This document shows positions 1 through 8,893 of a DNA stretch of 64,000 nucleotides, piece by piece (positions within the stretch are counted from its first letter, which is position 1; each line of letters opens with the position of its first letter). The notes under the pieces are model-generated. The model was not told the DNA's origin. It saw only the letters and a program-made list of their open reading frames with translations, and searched no databases. The stretch spans positions 1 through 64,000 of the forward strand of contig JAFGAR010000040.1 in NCBI GenBank assembly GCA_016933575.1. Direction: 5' to 3'. This DNA comes from Candidatus Thorarchaeota archaeon (GTDB taxonomy: Archaea; Asgardarchaeota; Thorarchaeia; Thorarchaeales; Thorarchaeaceae). The position numbers and the translations under genes were made by a program.

Positions 1-2
1 TG

Positions 3-311
3 GATATGATTAATGTTCTCAATCCCGACACTTTGATTGGCACAGCCAACTCGCTAGCATTACGCAACCCGGGGACCTACACAGAACAGGCGATGTGGAT
101 AGCATTCAAAACTTCATCAGGCGAATCTCGACGCGTGAGTATTACTGACAATATTATGATTCTTCCAGAATATGGAACCTTACTAGAATATGCAACATCT
201 CAAGTGATGAAACGCGAGTCCCACTCATACGTTACCGATCATCCTTCGCCTATTGTTGTGGAAGTTCGAGAAAGCGAAAGCGGAACAATTCTTATCGGAA
301 AGGAGGCCTAA
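3..311 (+). CDS. mtrA: 5'-truncated MtrA/MtxA-like corrinoid subunit (C-terminal part) followed by an MtrB-N-like segment; no membrane anchor
   Basis: Frame is open from the window edge. DMINVLNPDTLIGTANSLALRNPGTYTEQAMWI aligns without gaps to the remembered MtrA C-terminal pattern (VDLIDVED...KDPGAFEEEAMVV). Lies directly upstream of mtrH. Confidence 0.6.
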   Translation, partial: DMINVLNPDTLIGTANSLALRNPGTYTEQAMWIAFKTSSGESRRVSITDNIMILPEYGTLLEYATSQVMKRESHSYVTDHPSPIVVEVRESESGTILIGKEA

Positions 312-316
312 CAAAC

Positions 317-1252
317 TTGTTCGTATTTGAAAAGGAGCAATTAATCTACAATATTGGAGGCGTCAAGATTGGTGGAAATCTTGGAGAAACTCCAACAGTT
401 CTAGCTGGTACCATCTTTTATGGTGGTCATAAAATCGTTGAAGATGCAAAGAAGGGTAGATTTGACAAAGATACTGCTAAGAGCTTAATTGAGAAACAGG
501 ATGAAATGTCTGTTACTACTGGCAATCCCGCTTTGGTTCAGATATTCTCAGAGTCTGAAGAAGCCATCATCAAGTACATTGACTTTGTCACTGATTTATC
601 TGATGCTCCCTTTCTTATTGATTCCACTGAACCAATGGTGAGAATCACTGGTCTAAGACACGCCGAGGAAATTGGTCTTTTGGATCAGACAATCTACAAC
701 TCTCTGAATATCTCTGCAACAAAGGAAGAGATAGCTGCTCTGGGAGAGATTAGACATGACTGTGCAATTGTACTTGCGTTCAATCCTCAGGATTCAACAA
801 TTGCAGGCAGACGGGCTGTCCTTGAAAACGCAGTATTGGACCAAGAAAAGGGACTACTAGCTCTCTGTAATGACATAGGAATCACTAAACCCTTGATAGA
901 TACAGCGATAACAGCACTTGGTGCAGGCGCTGGCTCCAGTGCGGCCTTTACTTTTGTTGCTAAGACTCTCTATGGCATGCCCACTGGTTCAGGTGTTCAT
1001 AATGCACCATCTTCTTGGTCTTGGCTCAGAAAATACAAGAAAACAAACCGTGAAGCATTTCTCACAGCTGATGCCGCATCCAATCTCATCGTACAAATGA
1101 TGGGAGCTGATTTTGTTCTCTATGGACCTATTGAAAATAGTGAGCGTGTCTTTCCAGTTGTAGCTATGGGCGATATCTTTGTTTCAGAGTCTGGTTACCT
1201 TGAGTTTGGAATAGAACCTGGACCTGATCAACCCTTCAAGAAATTATTATGA
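317..1252 (+). CDS. mtrH: Tetrahydromethanopterin S-methyltransferase subunit H family
   Basis: MFVFEKEQ..IGGVKIGG..GETPTVLAGTIFY, FLIDS, GSGVHNAPSSW and GADFVLYGPIE motifs. Confidence 0.92.
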   Translation: MFVFEKEQLIYNIGGVKIGGNLGETPTVLAGTIFYGGHKIVEDAKKGRFDKDTAKSLIEKQDEMSVTTGNPALVQIFSESEEAIIKYIDFVTDLSDAPFLIDSTEPMVRITGLRHAEEIGLLDQTIYNSLNISATKEEIAALGEIRHDCAIVLAFNPQDSTIAGRRAVLENAVLDQEKGLLALCNDIGITKPLIDTAITALGAGAGSSAAFTFVAKTLYGMPTGSGVHNAPSSWSWLRKYKKTNREAFLTADAASNLIVQMMGADFVLYGPIENSERVFPVVAMGDIFVSESGYLEFGIEPGPDQPFKKLL

Positions 1253-2659
1253 TTGGTGGTGCGAGACTTGCAGAGAATCCTGAAGCCTAAGGCCATTGGG
1301 GTGTCTTCTCTTCGGATGGGACCTTTCTATACAGTAGCTTCAGTAGAACTTGGTAATACTACAACAAAGTGTATTCTTGTCAGCACAAACCTTCAGACTG
1401 CTGAGATCTATGAGATTGCAAAAGAAGTGAGGATGACACGTGATGTGCGACCTCCTTTACAGAATGAACAGATCTTTGGAGAAACTCTGTTTGGCGTCCC
1501 ATTGACCCGCGAATCGGTTTCAGAAATGGTTTCAGATGTCTTAACCTCTGTTATCACTCACGCTGGTATAGACATGGAGAATGATCTGCATTTTGTTGTT
1601 CGTTCGACAGGTGTTACAGCAAGTTTTGCGAATCCCTCGGATGTAGGAATCATTGTTCAAGCACTTGCTGATGGATGTATCAAAGCTGGCATTCCCCCCA
1701 GAAAAATGACTGCAGCGATGACTGTCGATAATCTCCCACCTGGATTGCGTGATTTCACTTGGCTAAGAAAGGTGTACTTTGATGGTGCAATTGCTGCATC
1801 TCTTCCTCCTACCAATACAGAGATAGTTGCAAATGAGATGGAAGGCGAATTGGTCACCGCTGGAATAAAAGGTGCTGTAAAAGGAACTGATATCGATTTT
1901 AGAAATCCCGTGATGTCACTCGATTTTGGAACTACATTAGCAGGTAGGATTACAGATAATGAATTTCCCTATGCAAAGACAATTGGTTCTTTTGCAGGAT
2001 TAGCTGGAGCAATACCTGATGCTATTGTCCGTGGGTCTAGTCTTGTACCTCATGATGTTGGTTGTGTACTTGACATCCCTCATTCTAATCGGTCAAAAAT
2101 TATTCAGATTAACGAGAGTTATCTTGAAGCAGCTCAGAAGTTAGTCGAAATAAAACCTGTACCCCATGATGCAAAGCGTTTTGGTAGTGTGCCCGTCAAT
2201 CCAAAGGCAGCGGAAGATTCTGGGGTGGTTCTAATTGGAGTTAATGCAAATCTTAAGAAACTGGAATTGTTGGGGGCTGAAGTATCACAATCACAGAGTG
2301 AAATGCACCTCCTTGCACTCATTGATAGACTCCAATTTCATATCGTTCAGCAGCTTGTAGCAATTGCGGAATCTGAACATCTACTATTTGATGATACATC
2401 CCTCGGGCTTACAGGTAGAGCTATAATAACCGGACAAAAACCTAGATTGATTTCAGAGGGTCTCAAGCTCAATAACGGAAACCTATGGACAGATTCTCAT
2501 CAGCTTGTTTTTGTCGAAGATGGCCTAGCAATGGGCGCTGCAGTAGCTGCAAGATGTATGAATTCAATGGGCACGACAAGAAATCCCATGGGTGGCAGAA
2601 AAGGAGACCGTTGTATCATGACTGAGCGAATGAAACTCCAATCCAAGAGGAGTAAATAA
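1253..2659 (+). CDS. Methanogenesis marker protein 14 (DUF2114, ASKHA/actin-like fold); exact start uncertain
   Basis: FYTVASVELGNTTTKCIL, DLHFVVRSTGV, VANEMEGEL, DFGTTLAG and EDGLAMGAAVAARCMNS motifs; adjacent to mtrH. Confidence 0.85.
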   Translation: MVVRDLQRILKPKAIGVSSLRMGPFYTVASVELGNTTTKCILVSTNLQTAEIYEIAKEVRMTRDVRPPLQNEQIFGETLFGVPLTRESVSEMVSDVLTSVITHAGIDMENDLHFVVRSTGVTASFANPSDVGIIVQALADGCIKAGIPPRKMTAAMTVDNLPPGLRDFTWLRKVYFDGAIAASLPPTNTEIVANEMEGELVTAGIKGAVKGTDIDFRNPVMSLDFGTTLAGRITDNEFPYAKTIGSFAGLAGAIPDAIVRGSSLVPHDVGCVLDIPHSNRSKIIQINESYLEAAQKLVEIKPVPHDAKRFGSVPVNPKAAEDSGVVLIGVNANLKKLELLGAEVSQSQSEMHLLALIDRLQFHIVQQLVAIAESEHLLFDDTSLGLTGRAIITGQKPRLISEGLKLNNGNLWTDSHQLVFVEDGLAMGAAVAARCMNSMGTTRNPMGGRKGDRCIMTERMKLQSKRSK

Positions 2660-2744
2660 AATACATCGTGATAACTAGTATCCTTGAACATCTATGTAGT
2701 ATTGTTTATCTTGCATCCCATCTGGAAATGATTAGGCGGTTACT

Positions 2745-3524
2745 TTGAAGGTATTTCCAATCAAGACACGTATTATAATCCCAGAAGATAACATTCTGAA
2801 TGTTCTATTAGATGCAATCCAATCTGCAGGTCTTGAACTCTTGGAAAACGATATCCTTACAATTGCAGAAACTCCCTTGGGAACAACTGAAGGTCGTGTT
2901 GTCAAGCTCTCCGATGTCAAGGTGTCTGATGAAGCTGCTAGGATTGGTGAAAAGTATACACTCCTTCCTGAAGTTGCAGAATTGATCTTGCAAGAGGCAG
3001 ATGAGATTCTTGGTGGCATACCTCATGTTGTTCTGACAATCAAGAATAACACACTCATGGCTAATGCTGGAGTTGACAAATCAAACGTTCCACCTGGCTA
3101 CGCATCACTATTACCATTGGATTCTCGCTCCAGTGCTGACCGAATACGATCTGAAATCAAGCGAAGAACAGGAAAGAACGTTGGAGTGATGGTTATTGAT
3201 AGCCGCACACAACCACTCCGTCTCGGGAATATCGGAATGGCATTAGGAGTGGCTGGCTTTCGCCCGGTTGCTGATGATCGTGGTCGAAAGGATCTCTTTG
3301 GAAATGAACTCAGAATAACAAGGAGAGCAATAGCTGACAATCTTGCCTCTGCTTGTACTGCTGTTATGGGCGAATCTGATGAGTCTGTTCCTGCTGCACT
3401 GATTCGAGATGCGCCTGTTGAATTTGTTAACCAGTCATTTGACTCTTCTGAGATGTGGATTTCTCCTACAGAGTGTATGTACATGGCAATTTTCGAGCAA
3501 TGGCGTCGTGGTAATACAAGCTGA
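2745..3524 (+). CDS. cofE: Coenzyme F420-0:L-glutamate ligase
   Basis: ANAGVDKSN, DSRTQPLRLG, DDRGRKDLFGNELRITRRAIADNLAS, MGES motifs. Confidence 0.9.
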   Translation: MKVFPIKTRIIIPEDNILNVLLDAIQSAGLELLENDILTIAETPLGTTEGRVVKLSDVKVSDEAARIGEKYTLLPEVAELILQEADEILGGIPHVVLTIKNNTLMANAGVDKSNVPPGYASLLPLDSRSSADRIRSEIKRRTGKNVGVMVIDSRTQPLRLGNIGMALGVAGFRPVADDRGRKDLFGNELRITRRAIADNLASACTAVMGESDESVPAALIRDAPVEFVNQSFDSSEMWISPTECMYMAIFEQWRRGNTS

Positions 3525-3660
3525 CAATCTTATTTAGTCAGGTACAATAAAATATGATTGACTTTCAATAAATGAATAATGGTCTATCTTCGAAAGAAAC
3601 AAAAGTACCAGTCGAATGAACTAAGAAGTCGGCGGAGTATTTGTAGGAGCACAAACGAAT

Positions 3661-5013
3661 TTGGCAAAACGACGGGTTCTGATTGATGCAGCAACGGCAG
3701 GAGCATCCGGAGACATGTTCCTATCCGCTCTGATTGATCTTATCGGAGAGGATGATGTACTATTACCAGTTGCTGCAAGTCTGCTAATTTATGATCCCTC
3801 CTTCAGACTTTCTGTTCTTTCTAGCTCCCACTCTGAATATACAGGACGCCAACTGCAAATCACGAGAAATCCAACAATTCGACTTAATCCAGAATCAATG
3901 ATGAATGTTCTCAATGTTGTTTCTGAAGAAGTCGAACTATCCCCAAAGGCTAAGGAGATTGCAAAAGAAGCTCTGACTATCATATTTCAAGCTGAGAGTA
4001 GAGCACATAACAAACCGATTGAGGAATTACATCTTCACGAAACTGGTTCGATTGATACAGTATTGGACATCGTAGGCACTGCATACCTCTTAGAACGAGC
4101 TGGGCTCTTGGAAGATGCTGAGTTCTTCGCTACCAGAGTTGCAGTTGGAAGTGGCACAATTAAGACAGAACATGGTGATCTTGAGGTTCCCGTTCCTGCT
4201 GTTGCTGAGATTCTTGTGGCTCATGATATACCTTTCAAGACTGGCGATGCAAAAACCGAAGTCTTGACTCCGACTGGAGCAGCTCTAATTGCTGCAATTG
4301 CTAAGGAATTTGTTGATACATATGATGGGTTCGTCGAACAGAATCAAGGAATTGGATTCGGTACTCGTGACCTTGGCAAGGTTCCCAATATGATGAGAAT
4401 TGTTGTAGGCAATCTTGTTATTCCTGAAGATGAGAAACCTGTTGAAACAAAGAAGGAAGAACAAAAGCAAGAACCAAGAAAGGACGAAAAATCTGCTAAG
4501 GAAACAAAATCAAAGACTGAGGACCGGATTGAAGTGCTTGATGAATGGAATGCTGATGAAGTAATCATCATTGAAACGAATGTTGACGACGTTGATGGAG
4601 AGATCTTAGGCAATCTCTTTGACACTCTTCTTGAGGAAGGTCTTGCCTATGATGTAATCATTATTCCTGCAATTGGGAAGAAAAATCGACCATGTTTTCT
4701 TGTGAAGGTCATTGCTTCCAAGGCAGGTCTCAAGAGCATTGCAGAAATCATGATACGCCACCTTGGTACCATTGGTATTCGATATTCAACTTGGCAACGA
4801 CTCAAAGCCGCTCGTGAGACAATTGTCTGCAGACTTGAGATTGATGATAAAGAATACATGGTACGTGTGAAGGTATCGCGCACTACTGATGGAAGTATAA
4901 TCAGCATCAAACCTGAAGCTGATGATATGATGCGTGTATCACGCGAAACAGGAATCCCTGTCCGAGAGCTTAAACCGAGAATTGCATTGCAATCTCATGC
5001 AGTTACTGAGTAG
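3661..5013 (+). CDS. larC: Nickel-pincer cofactor nickel insertase LarC, both domains in one ORF with a Lys/Glu-rich linker
   Basis: GASGDMFL, HLHETGSIDTVLDIVG, HGDLEVPVPA, TPTGAAL, ETNVDD and KKNRP motifs. Confidence 0.9.
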   Translation: MAKRRVLIDAATAGASGDMFLSALIDLIGEDDVLLPVAASLLIYDPSFRLSVLSSSHSEYTGRQLQITRNPTIRLNPESMMNVLNVVSEEVELSPKAKEIAKEALTIIFQAESRAHNKPIEELHLHETGSIDTVLDIVGTAYLLERAGLLEDAEFFATRVAVGSGTIKTEHGDLEVPVPAVAEILVAHDIPFKTGDAKTEVLTPTGAALIAAIAKEFVDTYDGFVEQNQGIGFGTRDLGKVPNMMRIVVGNLVIPEDEKPVETKKEEQKQEPRKDEKSAKETKSKTEDRIEVLDEWNADEVIIIETNVDDVDGEILGNLFDTLLEEGLAYDVIIIPAIGKKNRPCFLVKVIASKAGLKSIAEIMIRHLGTIGIRYSTWQRLKAARETIVCRLEIDDKEYMVRVKVSRTTDGSIISIKPEADDMMRVSRETGIPVRELKPRIALQSHAVTE

Positions 5014-7279
5014 TCAGCAGAAGCTGGTCACGGTCCTCATGTTTTATGTCATCAAGATACTGCGCAGGTATCAAACTCTCAAATGCGCGCTCACAGAGAT
5101 TCGCATATGCTTTTGGATCATACCTTGTCGATTCATCGAAAAGCTCCAACGCCTTCACACGCCGCAGAGGATTCTCTGAGGAAGCATCTGTCATGATATA
5201 CCGAACTCTCTGTCCAGCGTGAAGTTCTTTCCCTGCTTTTACGAGCTGCTGAGCGACTACCGCTGCCCTTGATGTTGCACGGTACTCGTGTGGTTCTCTA
5301 GTCAGATTTGAATTCAGAATGAGGTCTCTGAGATCTACATCATTCTCATAGAGCCGATCTATGTAGCTCTCACAGACTCTGAATGCATCTGGAATCTGTT
5401 GTATAAAACCCGCCCTGTCGTTGGCGCAGGCAAGCTTCTTGATCATTGCCATCTGACAGTCTCCAACATATAGACAGGTATCTCGTCTCCTTGTTTCGAT
5501 TCCCCTAGTCTTTATGCCCCCATTTCTATACACCCCATAATACCGATTCAAAGGGGCAATAGACTGATGCAGACGCGAAGATGGAATGACCATCCACTTG
5601 TAGACACCTTTAGCTGACATTTTGATGTTCGTCTTCTCAGTTACTCGTTCACAGAAATCTACAATGGTATCATACTTGACTTTGCCATCTTGAGTTCGTA
5701 CCCAGACCGAGTCCACGATGCCATGCAACATCTCAAGTCCCATTGCTTCTCCAATCTCCTGGGTTTCAAGCATGACCTCCCGCGCGAGAGCTGTGACAGC
5801 GGTATGTGCCTCAACTCTCCCAAATTTTGCATTCTTGAATCCAAGATACCCAAAACAGGATACCAGAACACCCTTCAGAGTGTTCTGAATGAACTCGTAT
5901 TTTTTGTTGTTCTCTCCCTCATCTATTAATCTCTTGAAATCACTACGTCTATTCACCAGTAGCTCCAGTGACTTTGATACGATACCCCTTCTCCGAGTGC
6001 AGATCCTGAAACTCTGCTGCGGAATCTGAATGCAATATTCATGATCATATGGACAGTCTGTTCTTGTACAGATGGTCTCAGGACTGATATTTCTAGTGAC
6101 CATCAATGTTGGATACATCGACGAAAAATCACACTCTGCAATATCTTCATAGATATCCGGTCGCGGCTGGAAGATGAGACCACCTCTATCGATTGCGGTG
6201 AGCTCTGTGACAGATTTGAGAAACTCTGGATTGCGTTTCACTGGTGGAATTAGGATGTCCATCTTGAAGGCATTGTAGAACTGCACAGAGGCATTCACTG
6301 CTCCAATTGTCATACGTGAAACTCGTTGTGGTCGTCCAAGAGCAAGTCTACAGCTCTCCACCACTCCTTCCAGTCCCACTGGAGAGTAGAAATGCATCCC
6401 TGTCTTCCCTCGGTCGATGTGTATTCTCCCATTCAACATGACCTGTGTGCCTGACCTGTAGACAATCTGATTGTATTGCCAAAACGACTGTGCATCTCTA
6501 TGGATGACCTGTAACGGGGTTCCATCCCGCGATAATACCAGTTGTAATCCATTGACCTTGGCTCGTATACTGAGGTATCTAAAGAGGCTCTCATCGCCGC
6601 CTCTACTGACTATCACATCAGGATCTATTTCGTTGATGGCACTCTGAAAACGTCGGAGAATCTCTCCCTCATCTTCATCCTCAATGTGTATTACTCCATC
6701 CCTATGATAGACTACTATGTGATGTATCCTGTCTTCCATCCTTGGAAAAATTTGCTCGGTGGAGATGAGCACCTCAAAGTCCATCATATCAAGGTCTGGA
6801 ATATCGTACCTTGGATCCTCTCGTCTATCAAGGCTCGCAATCTTGACAACCTCATCACCCCTCCGTTCAAATTCTACACGTCCAAAGGCAAACAGATCTT
6901 TGGCTATGAAGAGCTGCTGTACAGGGTCTATGTCTGCATGGAACACAGTAGCCCCGGGAAGTCGCTCGAGGTCTTTTACAACTTTATCCATCACGTCTGG
7001 GGTGGTAAACACCTGCAGGACCGGGGTCTTCTCCTCATCATAGACGCTGGTGTACTTGGATATGATGATTGCATCTTCAATATCTGGATGTTCGAGGACT
7101 GTGCGTAGAATATCTGTTTCTGTCCAGTCCCTGCTTTTGATTATATCTGTACTCACAAAAATCGATGGATGGAATCCATGATAGGTATACCCCTTTGTTC
7201 TCCCATCTGTTTTGATCCATAGGGTGAATGCGTGTTTCTCTTGATCCACACAGGCATCCAAGAGCCATCCAGTCATCAT
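5003..7279 (-). CDS. polB2: Family B DNA polymerase, PolB2 group
   Basis: Motif A DFSSMYP, motif B KGVLVSCFGYLG, variant motif C HGIVDS (in place of YGDTDS), RGIETRRRD; arCOG07300-like gene upstream. Confidence 0.88.
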   Translation of the reverse strand: MMTGWLLDACVDQEKHAFTLWIKTDGRTKGYTYHGFHPSIFVSTDIIKSRDWTETDILRTVLEHPDIEDAIIISKYTSVYDEEKTPVLQVFTTPDVMDKVVKDLERLPGATVFHADIDPVQQLFIAKDLFAFGRVEFERRGDEVVKIASLDRREDPRYDIPDLDMMDFEVLISTEQIFPRMEDRIHHIVVYHRDGVIHIEDEDEGEILRRFQSAINEIDPDVIVSRGGDESLFRYLSIRAKVNGLQLVLSRDGTPLQVIHRDAQSFWQYNQIVYRSGTQVMLNGRIHIDRGKTGMHFYSPVGLEGVVESCRLALGRPQRVSRMTIGAVNASVQFYNAFKMDILIPPVKRNPEFLKSVTELTAIDRGGLIFQPRPDIYEDIAECDFSSMYPTLMVTRNISPETICTRTDCPYDHEYCIQIPQQSFRICTRRRGIVSKSLELLVNRRSDFKRLIDEGENNKKYEFIQNTLKGVLVSCFGYLGFKNAKFGRVEAHTAVTALAREVMLETQEIGEAMGLEMLHGIVDSVWVRTQDGKVKYDTIVDFCERVTEKTNIKMSAKGVYKWMVIPSSRLHQSIAPLNRYYGVYRNGGIKTRGIETRRRDTCLYVGDCQMAMIKKLACANDRAGFIQQIPDAFRVCESYIDRLYENDVDLRDLILNSNLTREPHEYRATSRAAVVAQQLVKAGKELHAGQRVRYIMTDASSENPLRRVKALELFDESTRYDPKAYANLCERAFESLIPAQYLDDIKHEDRDQLLLTTQ

Positions 7280-7554
7280 CAGGGGGTGTTCTCCTCAATC
7301 TTCTCCTCTATATTGTGAACCTTTCTCCCTAACTCCTCAATCTCTTCTTGCAATCTCAGAACTGCAGATAGTAGGACTACCTCCGTGATACGCGGGGTTG
7401 GCAGCATGGTTCCAGCGTCTGCGAGACTCCTTGCATGGTCGAATATCTTGTCGAAGGTCTCTCTCTGAGCTGGTCTGAGGGTGCGCCGGAACTCTTTCCA
7501 GCGTGTTTCCTCAATCCTGATACCATCTCTGAATGTTCGGACTGTACGTCCCAT
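7279..7554 (-). CDS. Small helical PolB2-associated protein (arCOG07300-like)
   Basis: MGRTVRTFR...WKEFRRTLR signature; overlaps the polB2 start by 1 nt. Confidence 0.8.
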   Translation of the reverse strand: MGRTVRTFRDGIRIEETRWKEFRRTLRPAQRETFDKIFDHARSLADAGTMLPTPRITEVVLLSAVLRLQEEIEELGRKVHNIEEKIEENTP

Positions 7555-7697
7555 GGCTGCATCCTCTTAGTCGTCATATCTGGACTTGGCTCGTCCAGCC
7601 ATTATACAGTGACCCCGCTCATTGTGGGTTTTACTGGTGAACTCCGTACGTCCAAGCGGATGCGAATAAAGGGGACAGTTTCCCGAAAGTAAAGTCG

Positions 7698-8165
7698 CTA
7701 TAATTCATCCTTGGTCGCAGCCCGGTATTGGGTGTCTTTTCCATAATCAAATGATGTCATTTTCTTTGGTGTTACGATCAGACCAATCCAAGTAGTGAGT
7801 TTGAACAGACCTCTCTGGTATACTACTGCCTCGTCATGAGGCATATATCTCTCGAAAATTCTAACTGCCAAATCCTCTATATCATCCCTCTTAATCTCAG
7901 CCTCTCCATAGATGATGACTGCTCGTGTGTGTGGTGCTTCGATGTCTATTAGCAATGTAACATTCTTGTTTCTCTTGATATTTCTCACACGTCGGCTTTT
8001 GGCTGCTGCTCCTATGAGGAACTTGCCATCACTATATTTGAACCAGACTGGAACTGCATGGATTGTCCCATTCTTGTTCAAGCTACAAAACCGTGCAATT
8101 TTTGCTTCTTGAAAGAATGACTCCATCTCTTCTTCTGTCATTGGAGGCGGTTGTGTGTAAGACAT
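7698..8165 (-). CDS. Pyridoxamine 5'-phosphate oxidase-like split-barrel flavin/F420-binding protein
   Basis: GTIHAVPVWF and RVRNIKRNKNVTLLID pattern; start moved to ATG 8165. Confidence 0.8.
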   Translation of the reverse strand: MSYTQPPPMTEEEMESFFQEAKIARFCSLNKNGTIHAVPVWFKYSDGKFLIGAAAKSRRVRNIKRNKNVTLLIDIEAPHTRAVIIYGEAEIKRDDIEDLAVRIFERYMPHDEAVVYQRGLFKLTTWIGLIVTPKKMTSFDYGKDTQYRAATKDEL

Positions 8166-8322
8166 AGGTAAAACTTCTTTTTGTGGTATAATCCATTCCT
8201 CATATTCTTTTGCCACACTAAAATCATGCATTAGATTCAATCGGCATAGACTCAAATACTGGAAAACTAATTAGCGCCTTAGTGTCCAGAGAGAGGATAC
8301 CACATCATTTAGGGTGCGTAAA

Positions 8323-8889
8323 ATGGTCACTGCACTATTCAAGGTCGTACTCATGGGAGACGGAAGCGTCGGAAAGACCAGTCTCCGCAGGACCTACATG
8401 GGAGAAGGTTTCAGAGCTAACTATATGATCACTATAGGCGCTGACTTCGCTGTCAAAAAGATGCAACTTGAAGGCGGTCATGATGTGAGCATACAAATTT
8501 GGGACCTTGCCGGGCAAGAACACTTCAAGAGTGTACGTTCTACCTTCTACAGAGGCGCTCAGGGAGCCCTAGCAGTCTACTCCACTGTGGAGCGGGGGTC
8601 CTTTGATAACCTGATGAACTGGGTCGATGAGTGCTGGACCAATGCAGGGAAGAAGATACCCATTGTTCTCATTGCCAATAAGATAGACCTTCGAGACCAG
8701 TTCAAGGATAATCCTGTCATGGCGAAGACCATAGTGACCACTGAAGAAGGTAAGAATCTTGCAGAGAAAATTGCCAGTCACGGTGTCATTACATCCTTCC
8801 TTGAAACAAGTGCGAAAACTGGAACCAATGTTGAAGCAGCATTTCTTGAACTAGCCATTAAGATTCTCGAAGCTGGCGGACTGACCTAG
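8323..8889 (+). CDS. Rab-like small GTPase
   Basis: G1 GDGSVGKTS, TIGADF, WDLAGQE, FYRGA, NKID, ETSAK; no C-terminal prenylation Cys. Confidence 0.93.
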   Translation: MVTALFKVVLMGDGSVGKTSLRRTYMGEGFRANYMITIGADFAVKKMQLEGGHDVSIQIWDLAGQEHFKSVRSTFYRGAQGALAVYSTVERGSFDNLMNWVDECWTNAGKKIPIVLIANKIDLRDQFKDNPVMAKTIVTTEEGKNLAEKIASHGVITSFLETSAKTGTNVEAAFLELAIKILEAGGLT

Positions 8890-8893
8890 TAGA

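Noticed and set aside
1250-1255. Selenocysteine read-through fusing mtrH (TGA) to the in-frame marker 14 ORF
   Set aside because: MtrH ends at its normal C-terminus (PFKKLL), there is no redox motif, and the two are separate proteins in other archaea.
3-3524. Evidence for methanogenesis
   Set aside because: No mcr or membrane mtrCDE genes in the window; MtrA/MtrH and F420 genes also occur in non-methanogens.
4420-4540. Programmed frameshift or repeat element in larC
   Set aside because: The frame is continuous; this is just a low-complexity Lys/Glu linker.
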